Shown piece after piece: positions 1-7,405 of a DNA stretch of 16,669 bases; the stretch's first letter is position 1, and each line of letters opens with the position of its first letter. The position numbers and the translations under genes are program-made. The notes below the pieces were generated by a model. That model ran no database searches, had not been told where the DNA came from, and saw nothing but the letters and a program-made list of their open reading frames with translations. The DNA is from Sulfurihydrogenibium sp. (GTDB taxonomy: Bacteria > Aquificota > Aquificia > Aquificales > Hydrogenothermaceae): NCBI GenBank assembly GCA_037442825.1, contig JBBIPN010000024.1, positions 1 through 16,669 of the forward strand, read 5' to 3'.

Positions 1-14
1 CCAGTGCTTTGGCT

Positions 15-28
15 TTGATTTAAATCAA
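15..28. promoter_or_regulatory. FNR/DNR-type binding site TTGAT-N4-ATCAA (perfect palindrome TTGATTTAAATCAA)
   Basis: Exact match to the FNR-family consensus. Identical copy at 1437-1450. A Crp/Fnr gene with an ETLSR recognition helix lies just downstream. Confidence 0.85.
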
Positions 29-48
29 GAGAAATAATGTTTTTATCT

Positions 49-57
49 TGTTATAAT
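49..57 (+). promoter_or_regulatory. Extended -10 promoter element (TG-n-TATAAT)
   Basis: TGTTATAAT at 49-57. It implies a TSS near 63-64, which puts the palindrome centre (21.5) at about -41.5/-42.5, the class II Crp/Fnr activation position. Confidence 0.7.
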
Positions 58-86
58 ATATAAAAATACTTTAATCAAGGTTAAAA

Positions 87-680
87 ATGAGATTTTTCCC
101 TATTTTACTAAACATAGAAGATAAACAAATTTTAGTAGTCGGTGGTGGGAACATCGCATTGGAAAAAGTAAAAAGATTGATTAATTTCACAAAAAATATA
201 ACTATACTATCTCCAGAGATAAAACCTGAACTGTTAGATTTAGTTTATTTTTATAATTTAAATTACCTATGTCAAAAATATGAAGAAGGTTGTATTGATA
301 ATTATGACATTGTAATAGTTGCTGTAAATGATTTAAATTTACAAAAAGAGGTTTATTTAGAAGCAAAATCAAAGAATAAGTTATGTAATAGTGTAGATAT
401 GATAAGATTTTCTGATTTTATATTTCCTTCAGTAGTTAAAAAGGGAGATTTTATCCTATCTTTTTCAACATCAGGAACATCTCCAGCTTTAGCAAAGTAC
501 TTGAGACAGGTTTTTGAAAAACTGATTCCTAAAGATATAGAAAAATTTCTTGAAGATATGAGACATTTACGAGAAAGTCTTCCAAAAGGAAAGGAAAGAC
601 AAGAACTTTTAGATAAGTTGGCGAAAGAGTATACAGAAAAATATTTTAAATTTATGGAGTATAAAGATGGTGATAGATGA
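87..680 (+). CDS. sirC: Precorrin-2 dehydrogenase / sirohydrochlorin ferrochelatase (SirC/Met8p/CysG N-terminal-like)
   Basis: N-terminal FPILL, Rossmann motif VVGGGNIA, NSVD...SDFIFPSVV and STSGTSPALAKYLR, all typical of the CysG-N/SirC family. No methyltransferase domain fused. Confidence 0.88.
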   Translation: MRFFPILLNIEDKQILVVGGGNIALEKVKRLINFTKNITILSPEIKPELLDLVYFYNLNYLCQKYEEGCIDNYDIVIVAVNDLNLQKEVYLEAKSKNKLCNSVDMIRFSDFIFPSVVKKGDFILSFSTSGTSPALAKYLRQVFEKLIPKDIEKFLEDMRHLRESLPKGKERQELLDKLAKEYTEKYFKFMEYKDGDR

Positions 681-1326
681 ATTAAAAAATGTATATTTAT
701 TTAAGCACTTACCAGAAGAAAAATTAAAAAAACTGGAAGAAATATCTAAAATAAAAAATTATGAACGTGGTCAAGTTTTATTTTTTGAAGGAGAAAAACC
801 AGAAAATCTATATATTTTGTTAGAAGGTAAAATAAGAGTATACAAAACTACTTTTAAAGGAATTGAGATAAATATAAATCAGTTTGGCCCTGTAAGTTTA
901 ATAGGTGAGTATGCAAATTTTGAAAAAGTACCTTATCCTGCTACAGCTGAGTTTATTGTAGAAGGAACAGCTTTAGTTATAAACTATAAAAAGTTTGAAG
1001 AGAATTTCTTAAAGGATGCAGAAGTTCTTTTCTCATTGGTAAAATCTTTAACAAATAAAATTAGGATGTTAAATAGATTTATAGAGTCTACAGTTGTACT
1101 TAGTGCAGAGGCAAGAATTGCCAAACTTCTGTTAGAAAGTAAAGAAATCTTTGAAATCTTAAAACATTATCAGATTGCATCCTTCTTGAACATAACTCCA
1201 GAGACACTTTCAAGAGTGTTATCTCGTTTAAAAAAGAATAAAATTATTGCAGTATCTGGAAGAGAAATAAAAATATTAGATCCAGAAAAATTAAATAAAA
1301 TTTCAAAAGATGAGATGCTAATCTAA
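667..1326 (+). CDS. Crp/Fnr family transcriptional regulator, Dnr/NssR-like (probable NO sensor)
   Basis: cNMP-binding-like barrel (LFFEGE...LYILLEGKIRVYK, GEYANF..PYPATA) and HTH IASFLNITPETLSR. No Cys, so not a [4Fe-4S] FNR. RBS GGAG at 656-659. Overlaps the upstream gene by 14 nt. Confidence 0.92.
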   Translation: MVIDELKNVYLFKHLPEEKLKKLEEISKIKNYERGQVLFFEGEKPENLYILLEGKIRVYKTTFKGIEININQFGPVSLIGEYANFEKVPYPATAEFIVEGTALVINYKKFEENFLKDAEVLFSLVKSLTNKIRMLNRFIESTVVLSAEARIAKLLLESKEIFEILKHYQIASFLNITPETLSRVLSRLKKNKIIAVSGREIKILDPEKLNKISKDEMLI

Positions 1327-1436
1327 TTCTAAAGTTTTTAAAATTCTCCGAGGATCTATAACTTTTGAATATGATGAAAATCATTTTATTTTATTTATTT
1401 AATAATTTAAGATCTTAATATCTTAAATATATTTTT

Positions 1437-1450
1437 TTGATTTAAATCAA
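1437..1450. promoter_or_regulatory. FNR/DNR-type binding site upstream of the membrane protein-qNOR operon
   Basis: TTGATTTAAATCAA, identical to 15-28. Candidate weak -10 elements TATTAT (1470-1475) or TATTTT (1473-1478) at roughly class II spacing. Confidence 0.88.
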
Positions 1451-1518
1451 TGATATTTAATTTTGAATTTATTATTTTTTGGTAACAGAAGAGAATATGA
1501 TATTAAGAGGTTTTGTTT

Positions 1519-1926
1519 ATGGAAATCATTTCTATTGTGTGGAAAGTATCTTATGTAGTCCATATGATCTCTAATGCTGGATTTTTTGGTTCAACAGTAT
1601 TAGCTTTTTTTGATTGTAAAAATATATGTAATTCTTTCTCCATTGGGAAACTCAAAAAAATTTTATCTTTATTTTTAACTCTATCTGGTTTAACAGGGAT
1701 TGTTTTGCTTTCTATTTTAAGTATGGGTGGAATGGATGATCTAACATCGAATAACATCGGCTTAAGTATTATTGTTATGATCTTTTGTTATATTTTAGTG
1801 CTATTTAGTTTTATCTTCTTTTTGATTTACAAAGGAGGTGATCTAAAGATCGATAAATTTTTATTAGGTTTTCCACTTCTTATTTATCTTTTTGTTTATA
1901 TCTTTCGAGTAATTTTAGTTCATTAA
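1519..1926 (+). CDS. Uncharacterised 4-TM membrane protein (135 aa), loosely CopD/DUF4149-like; probably co-transcribed with qNOR
   Basis: ATG at 1519 preferred over TTG at 1513 because GAGG (1507-1510) sits 8 nt upstream. Four hydrophobic segments. Only 23 nt to the qNOR start. The family resemblance is by eye only. Confidence 0.75.
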   Translation: MEIISIVWKVSYVVHMISNAGFFGSTVLAFFDCKNICNSFSIGKLKKILSLFLTLSGLTGIVLLSILSMGGMDDLTSNNIGLSIIVMIFCYILVLFSFIFFLIYKGGDLKIDKFLLGFPLLIYLFVYIFRVILVH

Positions 1927-1949
1927 AATTATTTAAAAGGAGGTTTGCT

Positions 1950-4175
1950 ATGTCAGAGGAAAGGTCTTACAAAAAGTGGTTTGTCACATTTCTGATTGGT
2001 TTAATTACAGCTGTTCTCCTGTTTACTGGATTTACAGTTTATCAAATTAAAAATGTTCCACCTATACCAAAAGAAGTAAAAGGTGCAACAGGTACAGTTT
2101 ATACTTATGACGATGTTGTACAAGGGAAAGCATATTTTCAAAAATATGTACTAATGGATGTTGGTTCTATTCTTGGTAATGGAGGATACATTGCACCAGA
2201 TTATACAGCTTTATTTTTGGATAAGAAAATAAGAAATTTAGAAGAAGTTTATGCTCAAAAGATGCTTTCGAAAGATTTTAGTAGTTTAAATGAGTCAGAA
2301 AAATCTTATATTGATGCTTTTGTTAAAAAAGATATGAGAGAGGTCTCAATCTTAAAACCAGATGTAACACAACTAACACCTGAACATGAACAGGCATATA
2401 AGAAAGCAAAAGAGGAGTTGGTTGAATTTTTAACTAAAGGAAATCCAAATTATGCTCAAATTGGGGGAATTATAAAACCTGAAGAAGCTGAAAAAATAGC
2501 TGCATTTGTAGACTGGACTGCACTTGTCGCAGCATCACCAAGACCAGGTTCAAATTTAACTTATACAAACAACTGGCCACCAGAACCAAGGATAGGATTA
2601 ACAGCTTCTTTTTCTTCTCTGTTCTGGTCTTTGGTAGCAGTTATGGCAATCTGGACATTAACCATAGTTGTTTTATGGGCATTCTATGATTACTTTATGA
2701 AGTTTAATGGTGAGAAGCCAGAACCATCTCTTACTGTTTCCTCATTAACACCGATGCAAGAGAAAGTATTAAAGTTTGTACCATTAGTTCCTTTATTTTT
2801 CCTTTTACAAGTAGCTTTAGGTGGTTATTTGGCTCACCTCTATGCTGACCCTGCCCATAGTTGGATAGTACCACAGTCTTTATTACCTTTTAATGCAGCA
2901 AGATCTTTACATTTAAATTTAGCAGTTCTATGGATAGCTATTGGATGGTTGGCAGGTGGATTATTTATAGCTCCATTAGTAACTAAAGGAAAAGATTTTA
3001 AATTCCCAATAGCAGTAGATATTTTATGGATTGCTCTTGTAATAGTTGGTTTAGGTGGATTGATAGGTATCTGGCTCGGAGCAACTGGAAAATTACCAGA
3101 TAGCCTATGGTTTTGGTTAGGTAATGAAGGAAGAGAATATATAGAACTTGGAAGAATTTGGGATATTGGTATTGTAGTTGGTTTAGTATTATGGTTTTCT
3201 ATTGTATTTTTCACTATAAAAAAGGCAGAAAAAATTACTCCTCCACTTCAGATGATTATATGGTCTTCCTTTGCTATAGCCATTTTATATTTAGCTGGTA
3301 TGATGCCGCTAACAAAAATAATGCCTAACTATACAGTAGATGACTATTTTAGATGGTGGGTTGTTCATCTTTGGGTTGAAAATACATTTGAGTTGTTTGC
3401 AGCAGGTACTATGGCATTTTTAACTGTTGTACTTGGCCTTGTTAGTGTAAGATTTGCTACAATAATGATGTTTTTTGAAGCATTCTTGATAGTAGCAACA
3501 GGTACGATAGGTACAGGACACCACTATTTTTGGATGGGTGAAAATGAGATGTGGATAGCATGGGGTGGTGTATTATCATCCTTAGAACCACTACCTTTAG
3601 TTATTTTAATGATTGAAGCTTATAAAGAATACTCTCATGTTTCACATGAAAGTTTTCCGTTTAGAATGGCATTTATATGGTTGGCAGGTTCAGCATTTTT
3701 AAACTGGCTTGGAGCAGGATTTTACGGTATGATTGTTAACTTACCTATTATAAACTACTACGAACATGGAACATACTTTGGAATGGCTCATGGGCATGTT
3801 GCATTACTTGGGGCATTTGGATATGTTGCTATAGCATTCTTATACTTCATTGTTAGAGCAAATGCTTTAGCAAAAGGTTTACATTGGGATGAAAAGATTT
3901 CAAATACTGCATTTTGGCTAACTACAGTTGGAATTTTCTTATATGCTATCCCAACTATGGTTATCGGAACAAAGCAATTCCAATGGGCATATGAAATAGG
4001 ATACTGGGCTGCAAGAACAAGAGAAGTTCTTGAAGGTTTAGGTTTCTGGATGTGGATTAGAATAATTCCAGATGCTATGGTTTTAGCAGGTAGTGCTTTA
4101 ATATTAGTTGATATTATTTACAAATTATATCTATCTCAAAAAGCATCAGCATCTACTGAGTATTCAAAAGCTTAA
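1950..4175 (+). CDS. norZ: Quinol-dependent nitric oxide reductase (qNOR), heme-copper oxidase superfamily
   Basis: 741 aa. N-terminal heme-less cytochrome c-like domain (GSILGNGGYIAPDYTA, YTNNWP; no CxxCH). Metal ligands H321 (RSLH), H473 (WWVVHLWVE), H524/H525 (GTGHHYFW), H614/H616 (AHGH). Glu477, Glu481 and Glu546 present; quinol-site H296 and D708 present. Strong RBS AAGGAGGT at 1937-1944. Confidence 0.95.
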   Translation: MSEERSYKKWFVTFLIGLITAVLLFTGFTVYQIKNVPPIPKEVKGATGTVYTYDDVVQGKAYFQKYVLMDVGSILGNGGYIAPDYTALFLDKKIRNLEEVYAQKMLSKDFSSLNESEKSYIDAFVKKDMREVSILKPDVTQLTPEHEQAYKKAKEELVEFLTKGNPNYAQIGGIIKPEEAEKIAAFVDWTALVAASPRPGSNLTYTNNWPPEPRIGLTASFSSLFWSLVAVMAIWTLTIVVLWAFYDYFMKFNGEKPEPSLTVSSLTPMQEKVLKFVPLVPLFFLLQVALGGYLAHLYADPAHSWIVPQSLLPFNAARSLHLNLAVLWIAIGWLAGGLFIAPLVTKGKDFKFPIAVDILWIALVIVGLGGLIGIWLGATGKLPDSLWFWLGNEGREYIELGRIWDIGIVVGLVLWFSIVFFTIKKAEKITPPLQMIIWSSFAIAILYLAGMMPLTKIMPNYTVDDYFRWWVVHLWVENTFELFAAGTMAFLTVVLGLVSVRFATIMMFFEAFLIVATGTIGTGHHYFWMGENEMWIAWGGVLSSLEPLPLVILMIEAYKEYSHVSHESFPFRMAFIWLAGSAFLNWLGAGFYGMIVNLPIINYYEHGTYFGMAHGHVALLGAFGYVAIAFLYFIVRANALAKGLHWDEKISNTAFWLTTVGIFLYAIPTMVIGTKQFQWAYEIGYWAARTREVLEGLGFWMWIRIIPDAMVLAGSALILVDIIYKLYLSQKASASTEYSKA

Positions 4176-4183
4176 TTATTCAC

Positions 4184-4212
4184 TGTCCCCTAATAAATAG
4201 GGGACATTTTTT
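4184..4212 (+). terminator. Rho-independent terminator after qNOR
   Basis: 9-bp perfect stem TGTCCCCTA / TAGGGGACA, 5-nt loop ATAAA, followed by TTTTTT. Confidence 0.9.
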
Positions 4213-4223
4213 ACTTTTTTCTA

Positions 4224-4254
4224 TATAATAAATTTTGTCTACTTTTACTGGGAG
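4224..4254 (+). promoter_or_regulatory. Candidate -10 (TATAAT) and RBS (GGGAG) for queH
   Basis: TATAAT at 4224-4229 just after the terminator; GGGAG at 4250-4254, 6 nt before ATG 4261. No clear -35. Confidence 0.45.
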
Positions 4255-4260
4255 TATACT

Positions 4261-5496
4261 ATGGATAGGATTTTGGTTCATATATGTTGTGGTGTAGATA
4301 GTGTATGGGCTTTAAGAAGGTTGAAAGAAGAGTTCTCAGATAGTGAAATTATAGGTTATTTTTATGACCCAAACATACATCCAGAAAAAGAGTTTGAGCT
4401 TAGATGGATAGAAACAAAGAGAGTTTGTAATGATTTAAATATAGAGTGTATAAAAGGTGATTATGATTTAGATATATGGTTTAAAAGTGTTAAAGGTTTT
4501 GAGAATGAACCAGAAAGAGGAGAAAGGTGTACAATTTGCCATGATGTTAGATTAACAAAAAGTGCTGAAATAGCTAAAGAACTTGGATGTAATAAATTTA
4601 CAACTGTCCTTATGATGAGTCCTAAAAAAGATTTTGAAGTTTTAGAAAAAGTTGGAAAGAAGATAGGAAAAGAGTATGGATTGGAGTTTTTAGTTATTGA
4701 TTTTAGGAAAAATGGTGGTACAGAAAAGATGAACAAACTATCTAAAGAGATGGAACTTTACCATCAAAATTATTGTGGTTGTATATATGGACTGTTACCC
4801 CAAAGGCAGTTTTCTGATTTTATTCCAGAACTTATATCTTTTGGAAAAGGTAGATTAGCAGGAAGTAGAGAGGAACTTTTATTTATAAAACAGGTAAGAC
4901 TCTTTGCTGAAAATTTAGGATTAAAGTGTAAAGAAGAAAGTTTTAGTTTTATAGGTTGGAGATTAGTATCTTCTATTTTAAAACTAAATGGCGAACATAT
5001 TGACCATAAGGTTTTATACTACAGTAGTACCATAAAAGGCATTGTAAGGGCTAACGTTATAGCAGTAGAGGATAAGGAAGATTTTAAAGTAGCACATCTA
5101 AATAAACAGAATATAAAAGTTTATATTGTAAAAGATTTAAAGGAATTGCCATTAGATAAACCAAGATTGTTTACAGATCCTATTTTTATTGTTAACATAG
5201 ATTTAAAAGAAAAAGATAAATTAGAATTTCAACTAAAAGCTGAATTTATACCAGATATGGAATCTCAAAATCTATACATTGGAGAAAATTTTTCAAATAT
5301 GGTAGAGTTTCATAGTGATACTGATAGTGATGGTTTACAAGGATTTTCTTTAAAAGAGATAACAGGTTTTATAAAAGAAAATGCTACATCTATAAAAAAT
5401 GGTGAGTTATCGATTGTAATATATGGTGCTAAATTAGTTGGTAATTTGGGAAAATATTTTAGTAATTTATATAATCTGTATTTTTTTCGTCAATAA
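4261..5496 (+). CDS. queH: Epoxyqueuosine reductase QueH (DUF208), long form with C-terminal extension
   Basis: HICCGVDS, YFYDPNIHP..E...R, EPERGERCTIC...RL, SPKK and QNYCGCIY motifs in the first ~180 aa. Confidence 0.92.
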   Translation: MDRILVHICCGVDSVWALRRLKEEFSDSEIIGYFYDPNIHPEKEFELRWIETKRVCNDLNIECIKGDYDLDIWFKSVKGFENEPERGERCTICHDVRLTKSAEIAKELGCNKFTTVLMMSPKKDFEVLEKVGKKIGKEYGLEFLVIDFRKNGGTEKMNKLSKEMELYHQNYCGCIYGLLPQRQFSDFIPELISFGKGRLAGSREELLFIKQVRLFAENLGLKCKEESFSFIGWRLVSSILKLNGEHIDHKVLYYSSTIKGIVRANVIAVEDKEDFKVAHLNKQNIKVYIVKDLKELPLDKPRLFTDPIFIVNIDLKEKDKLEFQLKAEFIPDMESQNLYIGENFSNMVEFHSDTDSDGLQGFSLKEITGFIKENATSIKNGELSIVIYGAKLVGNLGKYFSNLYNLYFFRQ

Positions 5497-7405
5497 GTTT
5501 TTTATTTAACTTTTGTATAGAATAGCAAAAAGTTGCATGGGACCATGTTAAAGGACAGACAGATAAAGGCTCACCACCAAATGGATCAAACTGTTCTGCC
5601 AATAATCCAGCTTGTGTTGTTCTCTTTAAAGCCCAGTTTATAAGGTTAAATGTTTTATCAAATAGACTTACAGATGTATACCAGTTTGCAAGCCATAATG
5701 TTGTTATTAACCATGGGTTTCCGGGTGTATCTTGTGATATTCTATGATAGTAATCGTTTTCATATCTTGCCAGTCCGCCAATACCATTTTTTATCCATAA
5801 ACCTTCTTCAATAGCTTTTACTGTGTTGATCATTCTATAATCATCTGGTTCTACTATATCAAAATCATTTAAAAGTAAAAGACTACTTTCTAATGTTTTA
5901 TCCTTTATAATATTTCCCTGTTTATCTCTATAAATTCCCCTTAAAAATCTTCCTACCTCCTCATCATAAAGATACTTTAATACTGCATCTTTTAATTTTT
6001 CCGCTGTTTCTCTATAAGTTAAGTAGTCTTGTTTATTTCCAAGTATCTTGGCTATCTTTGATGCAGCTATCAATCCTGCATAAACTGTTGCTGATGTATA
6101 AGTAAAAATGCCTCTTCTTTCTTCCCATAGGTCGTAACTTTCATAAGGTAGATTTGTATTTGGATCTATATAACTTACCATAAAATTTGCAGCTTTTTTA
6201 ACAAAGCCGTTATACATATAATCTATAAATTCTATATCCTTAGATATTCTATAATGATTGTAGAGAGAAAATATAACAAGTGCTGTTTCATCTTCTTGTA
6301 TTGGTAATTGATAGTTTTCTTCTTCATCACTCCAAGGATGCCATGAAGAACCAACTGTACCATCTGGTGAGTATTTATGAAGTAAAAATCCTTCATCTGT
6401 TACATGTTGTTTGCAGAATTTAAAAAACTTCTGAGTTATATTTGTATACCCAGCATTATCTAATGTTATAACAATAAATGCTCCATCCCTTGGCCACATA
6501 TAACTGTAATGGTCTTTATTAAACTTATAAATAGAAGTATCGTTTGCTGCTACTATCGCCCCATTGTTATCAAAATGTGCTCTAACAATTAGTAAACTTT
6601 TATAATACAGATCTTTAACATTTTTAGATAGAGCTGGTATTAATCTATCTTTTGTTTTTATCCAACCTTGCCAAAACTCTTGTGTTTCTTCTAAGAGTTG
6701 GTTTAACCCATCCCTTTCTACTTTGTGTTTTAGTTTTGAGATGTCATCATAATTTTTTCCAACAAGCATATAATAATAGAATGTTTTACTCTCTAATGGT
6801 GGTACATTTCCTTGAATACAAACAGCACTATCTATTTCCCCTTGAACTATTTTATTTTTAGAAAGTTTACAGTTTTCTATCTCTTTCCAAGATCCAGAAA
6901 TGTGATTCTTTTTAGAAACTGTATATTCAAAATTTTCACCTTCACAAGATATGTATATATAAGTAGAACCTTTATAATGGATAATACCTTTTAGTTTTGG
7001 ATCGTAATAAGCTGTGTTTCCAATTTCTGATTCATTAAGTTTAAAGCCGTGATAGAAAAAGATTTTTATATCTCTATCATTAATAGATAAGTTCGTAACG
7101 TTGATTTTATGTATTAAAATATCTAAGTATTTGTGGATTGTAGAGATGATATTTAGCTTTATTTCAAGCTCTTTTGAAATAAGCTCTACATTGGATACTA
7201 AAGAGTTTTCACAGTAAGAAAATTTTTTCTCCCAACTACCATCGATCCATTTTAATTTACCATCTACACAAACTCCTATAGCATTTGCCTCTGAGTTTAG
7301 ATGGTTGTACATACCAACATAAGGAAAGTATAAATCTCTTATAGAAAAATTTTTATCTATATTTACAAAGAATTTGCCATTACTTAGTATTATTTCTTTT
7401 TTCAT
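5459..7405 (-). CDS. Glycoside hydrolase family 15 (glucoamylase/glucodextranase-like), cytoplasmic
   Basis: YMWPRDGA, QEDETA, YDLWEER (general acid region), LAEQ (general base region) and PLTWSHA motifs. N-terminal beta-sandwich-like region; no signal peptide. Confidence 0.93.
   Translation of the reverse strand: MKKEIILSNGKFFVNIDKNFSIRDLYFPYVGMYNHLNSEANAIGVCVDGKLKWIDGSWEKKFSYCENSLVSNVELISKELEIKLNIISTIHKYLDILIHKINVTNLSINDRDIKIFFYHGFKLNESEIGNTAYYDPKLKGIIHYKGSTYIYISCEGENFEYTVSKKNHISGSWKEIENCKLSKNKIVQGEIDSAVCIQGNVPPLESKTFYYYMLVGKNYDDISKLKHKVERDGLNQLLEETQEFWQGWIKTKDRLIPALSKNVKDLYYKSLLIVRAHFDNNGAIVAANDTSIYKFNKDHYSYMWPRDGAFIVITLDNAGYTNITQKFFKFCKQHVTDEGFLLHKYSPDGTVGSSWHPWSDEEENYQLPIQEDETALVIFSLYNHYRISKDIEFIDYMYNGFVKKAANFMVSYIDPNTNLPYESYDLWEERRGIFTYTSATVYAGLIAASKIAKILGNKQDYLTYRETAEKLKDAVLKYLYDEEVGRFLRGIYRDKQGNIIKDKTLESSLLLLNDFDIVEPDDYRMINTVKAIEEGLWIKNGIGGLARYENDYYHRISQDTPGNPWLITTLWLANWYTSVSLFDKTFNLINWALKRTTQAGLLAEQFDPFGGEPLSVCPLTWSHATFCYSIQKLNKKLIDEKNTDYINY

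Noticed and set aside
65..78. Additional FNR-type site ending in ATCAA (74-78)
   Set aside because: Only a half-site; the left arm reads AATAC rather than TTGAT.
667..1326. Oxygen-sensing FNR
   Set aside because: No cysteines to bind a [4Fe-4S] cluster.
1513..1518. TTG start at 1513 given by the ORF track (likewise TTG at 11055 for hemC)
   Set aside because: Too close to the GAGG ribosome-binding site; the ATG two codons downstream has normal spacing.
1950..4175. Nitric oxide dismutase (NOD) or a cytochrome oxidase subunit I instead of qNOR
   Set aside because: The xTFE segment recalls NOD, but both His of GHHYFW, the Glu of LEPLP and the quinol-site His/Asp are retained, and these are altered in NOD. 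The cross-linking Tyr pattern of O2 reductases is not seen after H473.
1551..4736. Minus-strand ORFs 1551-1757, 2840-3214 and 4461-4736
   Set aside because: Antisense shadows inside better-supported genes; no recognisable motifs.
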